From contig JANJGN010000036.1 in NCBI GenBank assembly GCA_026770705.1, forward strand, positions 1,984,001 through 2,048,000: 64,000 nucleotides of DNA, in the 5' to 3' direction. The DNA comes from Isurus oxyrinchus (taxonomy: Eukaryota). Position numbers and translations under genes: made by a program. Numbering within the stretch: the first letter of the stretch is position 1; each line of letters opens with the position of its first letter. Below are positions 50,029 to 63,960 of this stretch, one piece after another. The notes under the pieces were generated by a model, which was given only the letters and a program-made list of their open reading frames with translations, was not told where the DNA came from and did no database searches.

Positions 50029-53000
50029 AACACCCTCACACGCGCACACACAGACTCACAAAGATATTTTCTCCCTCTCGCACACATACACACACATTCT
50101 CTGTTTCACACACCCACACAGATGTTCTCTCTCATGCATAGGCACACACACACACAGTTATATTCTCTCTCTCTCACACAAACAAACCCAAACAGATATT
50201 TTCTCTCTCATGCATAGAAACACACACACATACAAGTTTACATTATATCTCTGACACATAAGTTTTCTCTCTTTCCCCCACACACGCACTCACAAACTTG
50301 CACAAATATATTCTCTAAAACAAGCAGACAGACACACATTCACATACCCTCACACACACATTCTCTTTCTCTCACGCACACATACAAGCTCGCACAGATA
50401 TACTCTCTCAAAAACGCAGACACATAAACAAACACACACACACATGCACAGTCACACTCACAAATATATTCAGAAATAGTGATCAGAAAAGGGTCATAGA
50501 TACAATCATAGAATGGTCCAGCACTGGAAGAGGCTATATTCGGCTCATCCAGAGGTGCTGGCTCTTTGGATGAGGAATCCAGTTAGTCTCACTGCCACAC
50601 TCTTTCCCCCTTAATCCAGCATTTTATTCTCATTCAATGATTTATCCGATTCTCCTTTTGAAGGATCCCATTGAATTATTAGCAAACTCCCCAGCAGACA
50701 ATGCATTATATATTTGTGTTCTGAGGTATTTGGATGACCTTGTACAGAAATCAGACAGAAAGTTAACATACAGGAGGAAGGTAAATGTAGTGTTGGCCTT
50801 TATTGCAAAGGGTTTGGAGTACAAGAGTAAGGAAGTCTTGCTGTAAGTGTTTTGCTGAGACCACGCCTGGAATATTGAGGAGAGTTTTCATCCACAGAAC
50901 CAAGGAGGGTTAACAGTTAATTGACATATGTGAATTATTTTCTTATGCATGTGTGTCTGTCTGCTTGGATATTTCAATGTTCGATTCATACAGCATAATT
51001 TGCAGTCGAGATTGTCTGATCTGATGCTGCAAATTTTGTTATACTCAATAATCAATGCTCCCTGGTTATTGACCTCTCTTTGTTTCTCTCTCTCTCTCTC
51101 TCTCTCTGTGAATCTGTAAAAAAGAAAATTCACCAACATCAGTCAGCCATTTTAAGTTTCTTCATCATGGCTATTTTCTCCTCAAATCCAAGTCTCATCG
51201 GAGCAAGATTTACTCTTGTGCACCAAATATTTGGCAATATAAACCAATTGCAATTGTTATAAAATAAGATCACAGATAACCAGTGATCTCATTCAGTGCC
51301 AGAACAGGGTTGAGTAATTAAATGGAATCCTCCTCTTCCCATGTGCTCTGAACAATATCCTTCTTTCACTCTATGTCTCTCGGCAACGCCCCCCGCCCCT
51401 CTCGATCAGTGTCTCTCTCTTTTTGACACTTGCTCAGCCTGTGACTTCCCTTAGTCTCTCCCCTTCCTTCTCTCGGAGAATCTGTAAAATATCCACGAAT
51501 GTCAATCAGCGATTTTAGGTTTGTTTGCAGTGGCCATTTTATATGAGCACAGCACTCACACACTAATGACAGATTTGTCTCCTCAATAAGGTATCATTAG
51601 TACTTTAAAAATGACAGAGACAAAGCTATGCAGACACAAACGGCGATTGTATTCCCTGCAATATTGAATGATTAGGTGCAAATTGAGCAAAGTTTTCAGG
51701 AACTTAATGGAAACTGAGGTAGACAGAGAGAAATGCTTTCTGGTTGTGGAGCTTAAGACTAGGATCATAATCTAAAGATTTAGCAATAGTCTGAAACCCT
51801 TTCAAGAGTGAATTGAAGAAACACTTCTTCACACAACAGGATATAGACGTTCTGTAAATGGCCCCTCCCTATCTCCTCTTGTCCCACCATCCTCCAATAT
51901 CAGTTTTCGATTAATTCCTGCTCTCTGAATTCTCAGACCAGAAAATTAGCTGGAACCTTTCTTTCCTGAAATCTGTGTTTGTTGTTTGTTTCCACTCTGC
52001 CCCATCTCTCTTTCTAGGCCATTAAGTCCTTCTGTGTCTCGCTGCCATAAGAATGTAAGAATCTATAATTAAGAGCAAGAGGAGCCCATCCGACCCCCTC
52101 CCCCTCCTTCCGTCATTCCCTATTGAGCCTTTGGTGTGCTGCCTCTGGGTAGTTCACATCTGGATGCACACAACACACATGGCAAAGTCTTTTATACGAT
52201 GGGAAGCAACCAACACTGTTTCACTCAGTACACATGCTACATTCATGATGCAATGTTATAATATTGAGTCAGACAACTGTCATCACACAGGAGCTAAATT
52301 TCACTGGGTCAACATTCTCACCAAACACTAAAAGTTCCCACTAAGTAGGGCTCACAAAACCAACACGATTCTCCTTGTTTGATTCTGCCTGGACTTTTCT
52401 GATTCTCTAGTGGATTCCTGGTGCTTATCCTCCACATGAGCAGTCGCCCTAATCCCGTGTACCTGTCCTGCTCCCAAACACGGCATCCGATTACAATAAG
52501 GCAAGTGGTACAGGACCGTTTGATTGACTGAGACAGATGAGTATCGATCCTGATCCAGGTGTGTACGTGACAAGGCTTAATTCCAGAGACAATAGAAACT
52601 GGGCTCCACTCTGCACATAAACCATGCTGTACCTTCACTCAGTGTAGGATGGGATGGTGCAGATGTGGAGAAGTTAATCCTTCAAGATCATATCAAAGTG
52701 TGTTTGAAATGTGCTGAGGGTTCCAGCCTTTCCCACCCTTTCAGGCAGTCAGTCGCTGATCCCCACCAGCCGATGGGTAAAAATATTACTCCTCAGTTCC
52801 AATTAAACCTTTCACATTCAATCGATGCTCCCTAGTTATTGACCTCTCCGCTCAGGAAGGAAGGATCCTCCCTGTCCACACTCTGTTGGCCCCTCATCAT
52901 TTTATATCCTCAATTCTTTGGTGGCCGGGTTTCAGGAGGACTGGAATTGGGAGAGAATCCTGACCTCAGCATCACAACCTGTCCTAACCTTGTACACCCT

Positions 53001-54529
53001 CGAGCAAACCTCCCCTCAATGGGGTCAAACCCAGTTTCTCCAAACTCAGCATGGAGCTAAAATCCCTCATTTCTGCCGATTTATCCACTCTCAAATATTC
53101 TAAAGATCTCGGTACTTCCCCTCTCAGTCTGGTTATTCCACACAGTATTCCTCACTCCTCCTCCTTATCCACAATGTCTGCATTGCTCCACTGCGCTTTG
53201 CAAACACAGACACAGGGCATTGGATTTTAGAGCTTTACACTTTTACAAGCGAAATTTTGAACATTTCTAAACACAAAAGATGGTAGAAGTTTGGAAGTGA
53301 CTTCCCTAAATGCTGCATCCTAATCAGTCCCAAGTAGTTAAGGGAACAATGGACAAAGTTGCCCAAGTGTTAAGGGGAACTAATGGGGTATTATTTCGGA
53401 AGTGTCTTCCCCAGACAGCAATTGATGCTGAGTCACTGGCTGATTTTTAAATCTAAGGTTGACCTTATCTTCACATGCCTGTCACCAAATCAATACTAAA
53501 ATACAAATATTTCACAGCTGGACTCACACAACACAGACAGCAATGTATGTTAAACTTTGGAAATGCTGCAAATGTTGTTGAAAATCATTGCCTTTTCTGT
53601 AAGAACCATTTTGAAATGTCTGTAATGTTTCTTTTATTGTATTGAAGCATCTCAGAGTGGTACCTGATTTAAGTAGAAAAACTGAATATCATTGCACTTC
53701 CTGAAATGTTTTGTAATCTTCTCTCAAATATTTTATGAATAAAGAATAATTTTGCAAAATAAGTGTCTATGTGAGTGTTTCTGAGATTCAATGTATGCAT
53801 TTGTGATTTAAGATGATATTTAGAATGCTTGCTGACATAACACAAAGCTACAAACAGCGGACAGTGGATGTTGAAAGAGAGTTGAGGGTCCATACATTTT
53901 CGCGCGGGGCAACTTTACTCAAATGATACCAGGAAGGGGTAAATTACAAAGTGGGATTACACAAGGTCGGAATATATTCCATGGAATTTAGAAAGATCAG
54001 GGGTGATTTCATCCTGCACTTCAACACACTTGGGTCGGAGAAGTTTAGAACTGTATTCCACAAGTGATAATTGATACTCAGACAATTGTTAATTTTTAAA
54101 TATAATATTGAACTAAATTTATTCTGTCACTCTCTGTCCCCTGGTGTGTGTGTGTGTTTGTGTTTCAATCCACCCTCTCTGAAACTCTGTAAATCTCCAC
54201 ATACATCGATCAGACTTTTTGTGTTTGTTTTTGGTGGCCATTTTCTCCCTAAAGCTCTGTATATTCACAGCAAATCAGAAAGTTTCGAGCCCAGGGTGAG
54301 AACAGTGAAGGTGTGCGTGTGGGTGATTATGATAGTGTCCAGCAGAGGGTAGATTGGTCAAGGTAAGTGTGTGATTCTGATGGTGAAGGTGAGTGGGGTA
54401 AACCAGCGCTCCACTGTAGGTTGATATAATATCTCTGCGTTTAAAACTTTTTATGCGTGGGGAAACATGCACCAGTGCCCCCATTGTTGTGTCCGGTCCT
54501 TGTTAAACTGATTAATATCAACCTGTACC

Positions 54530-55020
54530 ACCCTCCCCCTGCAGGCGGCAATCCAGTAACTTAGTTGTTCGGGCAGCCTTGTGGGCTCATTTTCCCACAA
54601 TCTCCCGCGCCGGGAAACGTCCTCCATCCGTGACACGTGCCGCGCTGCACTCTGGGAGGGAGAGCCCAGCGCACATGCGCAGCTCCGCTCCCCACTGCAC
54701 CAACTGCTTTTAATTTATTATTAATAATATTTATTTATTTTTGTTAACAATAATAATAATCACATACCCGCTGGCTCAGAATACCAGTTCCCGGCTCATC
54801 GTGAAGAGTCGCTTCTTCCATTTCGCTTTATTATTTAAACCGGAAGGATCCGTCGGTGACGTCATGCCAACATGGCGAAGAAAGTTCCGCCCCTTCAGCA
54901 GTTGGACAAAGAGCAGCGGCCGGGCCGCGGTGTGGGCAAGAGGTGGAACAGTAGGTCTTGAGGAGAGTGAGACCGCCCCCTAGCGGAGTGGAAACAACGG
55001 CAGAAACTGTCACTGCAAAG
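54530..55020. promoter_or_regulatory. CpG-island promoter-like element with CTCF-like sites
   Basis: NRF1-like GCACATGCGCA 54671-54681, ETS ACCGGAAG 54839-54846, CRE TGACGTCA 54857-54864, YY1-like CAACATGGCG 54868-54877, GC box 54887-54893, CTCF-like CCGCTAGGGGGCGG (minus) 54973-54986. Confidence 0.6.
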
Positions 55021-57391
55021 GCTCCAGTTCAGTTGTTTGAGGCTCTGGGAACCTCTTCAAATATAAACTTCAGCTTCTAAATCCACCACCAACAAGAACC
55101 ATTCCCTCTGCAGAGCAGCTTTACTCTCCATTCCCAGCCTGTATTCCACATTGTTCGCAGCAACTGTGCTTCCAGATACTTTACAGCCTGAGATATTTAC
55201 AGCAAAAACTAGTCCTGGGTCACATTTAATAATTGTTTTGGGGTCAGACATCAGTCACATCATCAATTACACTACCAACCTGGGCTATGGGGATATATTT
55301 GTATCGTCTCATTTCACAATACAAAACACCGAGATTTTCAACTCTGCTTATGTTATTCTTCTAATAACTTAGCTGATTGACTCGACTGAGATTGACATTA
55401 ACCCTCCCTGCTCTCTGTCTGTCTGTGTATGTGTGTGTGTGTGTGTGTGAGGGTGTGCGGGTGTGTTTGCGTGAATGTGCCTGTGGGTGTGAGGGTATGG
55501 GTTTGTATGAGTGTATGCCTGAATGTGTTTATGACTGTGTGTACCAGTGAGTGTCTGTGTATCTGATTGTGGATGAGTGTGTCTGTGTATGCGACTGTAA
55601 GTGTGCAAGTGAGTGTGTGTCTCTGTGAGAGACTATGTGTTTCTTTAAACATGTGGGTGACTGTGTTTTGTGTGTGTGTGTCGTTGTATGCAAGTGCATG
55701 TGTGCTTGTCTGTGTGTGTCTGCGAGACTGAGTGTGTGTGTATGAATATGGCTGAGTGTGTGTGAGGTTGTCTGTGTATGTGAGTGTATGTGTGCGAGTG
55801 AGTGTGTGTGTGTGAATGTGTACTTATGATTGTGGGTGAGAGTGCATATGTGCCCGGCTATGCGAGTGTGTGTGTGATTGAGTGTATCTGTGTGAGATTG
55901 ATATTATAAAGCAGCAGCACATGCCGACTTTGGAACAGAATCGCTTTACCCACCCTGTGCCCTTTTTCTGTCAACAGTATGCAGAAATAACTAAGATATC
56001 ATTCGGCCTCTGTGTGGCTATTGTGGTTTGAGGAAGAGTCACCAGTTTCACCAGAGTCAACACTGCTTTATAAAAGTTAAAGTTTCTTTGTTGGAGCCTT
56101 TTTGATGTTTGTGGCTGGCAGGGTAAATAAGGGGTAAGAGTGGAGTTATTGCATTTGGATTCCAACTCAGCTGGGCTCTCTCTGTGTCACAGAAACCTAC
56201 AGGGGTGCAGACCAAGAGATGTAAAATGGGAAAAGATTGCAGAGCTCTTCACTTCAGGGCCAGCACAGACACAATGTGAATAAAGGCTGCAAGGAAGTGA
56301 ACATAAATTCTCTCCCATATATTCTTTGTGTTTTCAATGATTTTTTTTTCCTAGGACAAATAATCTGTTTGATAAATTGAGAAAACTATCTTGAAAACAT
56401 AATTAACAAAAACCTTTAGCAAAATCCAATGTGACGGGTTAAAGATTGACAATGTATTGTAGAGGAGTTACAGAGTACAGCAAAATTATCTCTCCCATTC
56501 TGAATGGGATTACAGTCTGACAACTGAACCAAACGTGCACATTGCAGACTGAAATAATCCCCAACTACCATCGCTAGACAATATTTCCAATGGGGAATGA
56601 GCAGAGAGCTCATGCACAGGGTCAGGTGGTAAAAGGGGCGAACACACCACCCGAGCGAACTGTGCACTCGGATTCAAACTTCAATCCCTTACACTATTGG
56701 TCAATATTCACTCTTCATCAGTCTGTTTCCAGATGCAGCCATGCAGGAGCTGAACTTCTCTGAGACTGCCAAAGAAAAGCACCTGTAGTGGCGGTGAGCT
56801 GCCAGCAGAGGGTGGGCTTGTATCACTTTAATCACAAGGCAGTGAAACTGGTTTGAGAAGAGGCCTTTTAAAATTCATTCCTTCATCAAACGATAACAAG
56901 AGTCAAAACACTGACAAACGATGCGAGTCCAGGCTGTATCACTGCCTGTTCAGAGAAAGATAGAAATCACAATCAAAACACCTGGTACCCTGTAGAATGC
57001 ACAATGAACACCGTGCATAAGGGGATGAAACTGTTCAAAAATCTCTCATGTGTCACAATCCGAGGCCTCCCTTCAGTTTGACATCCCGATTGCTATAAAT
57101 GTGTGAGCAAACTTCTCAGCGTAAAACAATTAATAAATCTATCAGTGAACCGCTGGCTCCAGCGCTCTGAGCCACATCCCAACTCTTCCTATTTTGGGTT
57201 CTAATTGGGGCATCTTGGTGAAAGTGACACCGAGCTCACTGCGCGCAGTGGGAGCATTGACCAAATAAAAATAACTGGACAGAATCTCAACACAATGACA
57301 TCCCTGCAGCTGGGAAACAATTGGAGAATTCTCCAAACAAACTAGCTAACAAGAGTCTAAAGATTTATTCTCCATTTATATTGCATGTCGG

Positions 57392-59982
57392 TTATATTGT
57401 ATAATGTGACATGGAAAGGGTCGGTTTTCCTCTGTACGGAGCTCTGTTTTTATTCTTAACAAATTTAACAATCACCAGGATCGGATATATCAACACGCTC
57501 TTGAACTGCTTTCTGAACCTGCTCTGGGTCACTGCATAAGTGAAGGTATTTGTGCAGGAACTTAAATTCAGCAGTATAAACCCGATACGCTCAAAAGAGT
57601 AATCTAAGAGAGTTGTTCCTGCAATGTTATAATATAAGAATTCTGCAACATATGGCAGCCACATGAGAATGAAGCTGCCTGAATTTGTGAAGAGTAAAAT
57701 AACGGTCTTCCTTCTGCTCTCCATGTTAGGGACACTGCGGCTCTCTCCCTTGTTCTGACCCCTCAGAGCCTTACGGACTCTGCTGGCTACTAATATGTGT
57801 CTGACTGTCAGTGTATTAAGCAGTAATATTAGAACACATGGGAGCAATGGTGTTAAAAATGTATCAAACCAGTCGAAAGCCAACCAACCAAGCTCAATAA
57901 AAAAGTTTGGCTTAACAGAACAAAACCAGGGTGTATTGTCAATTATCTCCAGAGGTTCATATATAAAATATCAAGCAGCGCTTTTCAAACTCAGAATGCA
58001 CGTCATTGCTATAATTATAGACGCAGTTTTCTTTGTGTAATATTTTGTTCACTCTTTTTGGCAACAGATGGCGATGAAGCGATCAAACGAGAAACTAATG
58101 GTTAACCAAACTGAGCTGTCGCTCGATGCATGAGTCAGAACAGCGATAGCGCTGCGCACAGGGGTAAGGGAGAGTAAAGACCCAGGGTATAATTGATAAC
58201 CTATCCGAAATAATATGATTTTATTGATAATAACTAGTAGATCCGTCACCACCATTGCCAGCATGTAGCTAGTGATACATTTGGAAAGACCACACTCTCC
58301 CCGGGTCAGTGTCAGCATCGCAATGAAGATAACTGTAAAAGAGAATGAGAGAGAAGTTGGGGGAGGAGAGAGAAATACAACAGGAAGTTGACGATACATC
58401 TCAACAGCGAATTCTAAACAGCTCATTCTAAAAATATTGCGTTTGAGTTTGGGGAGATTTCAGTCTTTCCATCCAAGTTTATGAAAGCACACTGAAGTAG
58501 ATCATTCAGAAGGATTAGACACAAAACTCTGAGTCTCTCAGATTTCTGTTTCATTCTCAATTACTGGCTGGTGTCTTCAACCTAAGACCACGCCTCAATC
58601 TAATTCTTCAAACTAATGAACGTGGAGATTGCACAGATAATTGCAGAATGTAGTGAAATGCATGTAAATGCATTATGTTGCATTTTAGTAAGAAACCGTT
58701 GAAGTAATGTTGTTAGTATCATGGAGAACAAAAGTGGTCCATGATCACTTTAGAAATGATTCACTAACTTTGGAGGTCCATGTTCATAAGTACATTACAT
58801 GGATAAAGAGCAGCGTCTGGAATGATATCTCTGGAAAGATACAATTGAAAAGAGGGGAATATATGTTAAAGCTGCTGACGAATCTTGGTTAGACGACATA
58901 CGGAGTGCTGCTTGCATATGTGCGCTTTGGAGAAGCAGCAAAAATGATTTATAAGGAAATGAATGATTATTTCTATCGTGAAGGAATTAACCGACTGCTT
59001 TCCTTTCTCGAATATAAGCGGCTCGAGATGACCTAACCAAAGCATTCAGTTGGAGAAACTATGATTGTTTCAGTGAAGAAAGTCTATTGAGGAAAGCTTT
59101 CTTGGAGATTGACAAAATTGCCTTAGGAATAGACACGTGAGGCAATGGGAATTCAGCCCCTATTGACTGAGGTACAAAGATTACTTCATGCTGTGAGTGG
59201 TAATGACCTGGAACTCACATTCCAAGGATGGTGGCAGCGGAGAGAATGAATTATTACAAAAGGACATTCACTGAGGCAAATAATCTGACAGGCAAACACC
59301 GGAGTCAGGGTTTTACATGCGTTACTCTAATATAACGGGTATGCTTTCCATGGTCGAATGACCTTCCTCCGTGTTTTAATAATTCTATGGGTCTATGACT
59401 CCGGACGCCTGGACCTGTGTCAGATACGCATATAATGAAATAAGATTTCATCCGGGGTATAACTCATAAACACACTGAATGCCCAATTAAACTCAATACC
59501 ATGATTTGGGAGAGATTCCTGATCTCGGCCTCGTAACACTGAGGCCGTGTGATTTTCAATTAACTGTCGCTAGAAGCATATTTGTGAAGAATTTTTTCAG
59601 AACTGCTGCGTTGCTCCATATGAAACCCCTGATGGGAATATTAGCCCCTGATGGTCAGATAATAGTTCCTCTGCCAGGAATTTGTTTCCAGTGCATCGAG
59701 GCTAGTCCAGTTACATCATCAGAGTTGGGTTTGCAAAGACAATTTCAAATCTTATGGGGAGATTAAAAGAGCGAAGAAAAAGAGAGTTAATTTCGTTCAT
59801 TTTGCACCAACTGAACAGAGCAAAGAGCTGAGGGGGGAAAAATGAGGCGACAGAAATATTGCCACTTGCATCAGCACAATTATACATCATAACAGGTTAA
59901 ATAAAAACTCACCAGGAACTCCAACTGCTGCGAGACAAGCATAGTAGATGTGCTCTATCGGAAGAATGGATGCATATCCAAT
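57392..59982 (-). pseudogene. GPR139/GPR142-like class A GPCR pseudogene, two exons (59913-59982 and 57392-58332)
   Basis: Exon 1 (I)GYASILPIEHIYYACLAAVGVP|gtgagt. Exon 2 has RGECGLSKCIT, SFDRFIAICCQK, LTPLLP..LILLLNTLTVRHILVASRVR, MESRRKT and SSCTNTFTYAVTQSRFR. In-frame TGA at 58049-58051 and 57971-57973. The start codon reads ATT. Confidence 0.88.
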
Positions 59983-60559
59983 GGTTGAGAAACACTGAAG
60001 CAGGTTGTGTTGAATCCACAGCTCCAGTGGGCGCGCCGAGATTCAGTATTTGAAGGAGACCTGATTTAAAGGCATCTTAAATCTGCTCTGGTCCGGCTAA
60101 TCCCCAGATCATTGCTATTAGATACACTCACATGAACAAACAACTTGCATCAGCAGCTTTGATTCCAATATGCAAATAATAATGTCGTGCAAAGCACAAA
60201 CATCTCCATCTGCTGGTTGTTATTTTTAGAAACCATTTAGTTGGAATCGCGCTAAAAAACTAAGCCTGCAGAGTCGATCCAACAATAATTAGTCAATCGC
60301 AGTGGGCTTTCATTCTGTGAAGCCCCTTCGCTCCTGCGGGCACCTTGTTAAATGTTAATGATCACTTCGCAAATTGTACATTGCCCAGGGATCTGTTCCA
60401 CTGCTTCCACGTGAAGATGCAACGTCTCAGACCCTGACCCGAGGTTTATTGAAGGCCTGGTCCATGAGGGTAGTCTAGAAATTCCTGCGATTGATGCCAG
60501 GAGGAGGACAATGAACACACTCTGTTGACATTCCTCTCTCTGTCACATCCCTGCTGCTT

Positions 60560-62070
60560 CCACAATAGCTCAAATTTCCAGGAAGATTGGGACTGTGATA
60601 CCACATGACTGCATTCCTCGGGTTCACTCATTGCCAAAAGCATATCGCCCTTCTGCTCAGCGAATTTACCAACCATACCTTCAGCTCCTGCATTAAAGAC
60701 ATTTATATAAACTCGGAAATGTTCAGTCCACGGTGCTGATCGCTGTAGCAAACTGCTCGCTAGAACGTTCTAACCAGCAAATAAATACCTATTAATGGTT
60801 ACCCTCTGTTTCCGGTTAGCCTGATAATCTGCTAGCCGTGCCCATATGTCACACCCTCAGGCATGATCTCTTAACGATCGCAATAACCTGTGATGTGGCA
60901 GCTTATCAAATGCCTTCTGCCAATCTTAGTTCAGTATATTCACCAGTTCCCCTTGATTCACAGCACATGCAACTCCTTCAAAGAACTCCATTAAATTGGT
61001 TAGACATCATTTCCCTCTCAAACCCATGTTGACTGTGTCGAATTGCAATGAAGTTTCCTCAGCGTCCTGCGATTGCATATTCAAAAATATATACCCACAT
61101 TTTCCCAATGACAAATGTTAAGCTACTTCGCCTGTACTTCCCAACTTCCTGTCTCCCTCCCTTTTTGAATAAATTCCTTGCATTTGCAGTTTTCCAATCT
61201 CATGACACCATCCATTATTCCAGAGAATTTTGGAAAATTAAAACCAACCCATCAACTATCCGGCTAGCCACTTCTTTAAAGACCCTTGTTTGAACTCCAT
61301 CAGGACCCGGAGATTTGTCAGGTCACAGGGCCAACAATTTGATAACTAAAACTTCGCTAGTGTTTGCAATATTCTTGAGTTCATCTCTCCCTCCCAAATC
61401 CTGATTTCCAGTTATTACTGGGATTTACTTATCGTGAGAAGTGATGCAAAATGTGGACATGGACTCCTTCAGTGTTTGCGGAGTTGCGAATGGTGCTGAA
61501 CATTTTGTAATCACCAGTGAACATCCCCCCTTTTGACCTTAGGCTGGAAGGAGGGTCACCAAAGAAGCAGCTGAAGATGTTTTAGCCTAGGACATTACCC
61601 TGAGTAACTCTTAAAATGATGTCCTGAAATTGAGATGATTAAACTACAACAACCACAGCCATCTTCCTTTATGTTAAGCATGGCTTCATTTAGCGGAGAG
61701 TTTTCCACCTGATTCCCATTAATTCCAGTTTTGCCGGGGCTCATTAATGCCACACTAGGTCAAATGCTACCTCAGTTTCAAAAGCAGTCACTCTCACCTC
61801 ACCACTGGAGTTCAATTCTTCTGACCCTGTTTAAACCTAGGTTGTAGTAAGGTCAAAAGTTGAGTGACCATGGCGAAACACAAATTAAAAGTCAGTGAGC
61901 AGGGTATTGATAAGCAGTGCCGCTTCATAGAACTGCTGATGACTCCATTGTATCGCTTTACTGATGATGGAGAGTACAATGATAGGGCGGTAATTGGCCG
62001 GTTGGATTTGAACTTTTATTTCATATACATGTCGTATCTGAGCAATGTTCCACATTGCCAGAGAATGATA
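60560..62070 (-). mobile_element. Old CR1-type LINE fragments
   Basis: Degenerate RT motifs on the minus strand (VYINVFNAGAEGMVGKFAE) and typical LINE ORF2 sequence. Confidence 0.55.
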
Positions 62071-62519
62071 GAACCCAAAATGAGGCCATTCAGCCTATTG
62101 TGTCTGTGCTGCCTCTTTGGAAAAGTGCCACTGTCACGCGCCTCTGAGAATAGAAAACCCTCCTCACTCTCCTCTGAAATGAGACACCTCTCATTATGAA
62201 GCTGTGCTGGCAAATTCTAGATTGGCCCCGCAAGGAGCAGATCTGGTCGATCCCTCTCAGAATGGTATATGCTTCCGTTAGATCTGGTCCATCTCTCTCA
62301 GAATGCCTAATGCTTCAATAAGATCACCTCTCATTCGTCTAAATCCGATATTTGTGGCTCCATCCGGCTCAAATTGTTCTGCAAAACACCCCTTCATCTC
62401 ACTGAGCCTTCACAGAACTGCCTCCCATGTGAGTCGTACACATGCACCTACAAACACACACATACACACACACTCACATACAGAGTAGTACACACACAGA
62501 TAAATGCAAATACATCAAA

Positions 62520-62790
62520 AAGGACAAAGGCAGCAGATGCATGGGAACATCACCACCTGCACTTCCCCTCCAAGTCACACACTGTCCTGAGCTGCAATGA
62601 GATCGCCGTTACTTCCCGGTCGTTGGATCAAAATCCTGAAACTCGCTTACAAACAGCACTGTGGGCGCACCTACATTACATGGACTGCAGTGGGTCAAGG
62701 AGATGGCACATCACCAGCTTCTCAAGAGGAATTAGGGATGGGCAACAAACACTGACCTGGCAAGGAACGTTGACACCCATTCAATAAATA
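62520..62790 (+). mobile_element. LINE 3' end fragment (CR1/L2 group)
   Basis: gcagcagatgcatgggaacatcaccacctgcacttcccctccaagtcacac...aattagggatgggcaa. A related stub lies at about 44795-44880. Confidence 0.6.
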
Positions 62791-63960
62791 CAACATGCAT
62801 ATACACACAGATACACTCTCACTTATGTACAAACAAGGGCAACAAGACACACACATGAACACGGACATATACAGAGATATAACTGCATACTCAAATCTTG
62901 TATAACACTGCAAAATGTGGCTTCCTCTAACAAACAGAACCGGGAGGGATAACGCTCTAGATCAGTGTCTGTTGAAGGAATTACTCCCTGACACTTACTT
63001 GACCGTTCTATTATTAGATGTCAATGCGTTTTCCAATTAGAACGATAATGGGGACCGGATGCAAATAAAGGTGATGATTACAGACTAATGTCCTCTGTTA
63101 ACGGGGAGACATATCCCTTGCAATCTGGAGCTAAATGCAGAGAAAAGAGTCGAACAAGCATTGCTGGTTATAAATCTAAGAATGAGAGATAATTTCAATG
63201 AATCATATAAGATTCTGAGGGAACTTTGATAGGGTACATGTTGAGAGACTGTTTGACCTCGTGGTGAATCTGGAACTAGTGTCTACAGCTTCAGAAAGAG
63301 CGTTTTCTCAATTCCGACTGAGATGAGATGTTTCTCCTCTCAGACCGATTTTTGAATTGTCCTGCCCAGGGAGCAGTTGAAGCTGGGTCAGTGAACCAAC
63401 TGAAATCTGAGTCAGACAGGGTTTTCATTGACAAGGTCGTCCTGAAATAAGAATTCGTGACTCGACAAACCTGGCGCCCGGCATCAAGTCAATGTGGGTA
63501 AATGGCTGGATTTCTGGGTTAAAGCGACACTGGGAATCGGATCCCTTCCTCCACCCGCACCACCACCCACCCCGCCGCCCCCCAATCCCCCCCCACCCCC
63601 ACCGCTCCCCACCCCCATCCGAGCGCCGGAAATGATAAATCGACGAGCGTTGTGCAAATTCGTCGCTTAATTTTGGACTCCAAACCCCGCCTCCCACACA
63701 TGTTAAAATGCGAATTGTGACCTATTGCTGTTTGCAGGCAGGACCTGTGTGTGGGAGCTGAGCGACTAAAGAGGAAGCTCAGAGTCACCGTTTACCTCCT
63801 GCTGCATTTTCCATCCGCCTGTGTTTAAAAGGCAGCGCCTAATTTCCGCGGCTCCGCATTTCACTATTTCACCCGGTTCCCCGTCTGGATTGAGGTTCCC
63901 GACCCCCCAGAGGAATAAGGGACGAACTCACAACTTCAGCCACAGCCTCGGCCGCCGACA

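Noticed and set aside
55057-55251. Minus ORF with ISGCKVSGSTVAANNVEY...ALQR, faintly like a V-domain N-terminus
   Set aside because: No conserved Trp, YYC, RSS or leader. Cannot be supported without a profile search.
57236-57249. Perfect 14-bp palindrome CACTGCGCGCAGTG
   Set aside because: Isolated, with no supporting structure. At most a single NRF1-like site.
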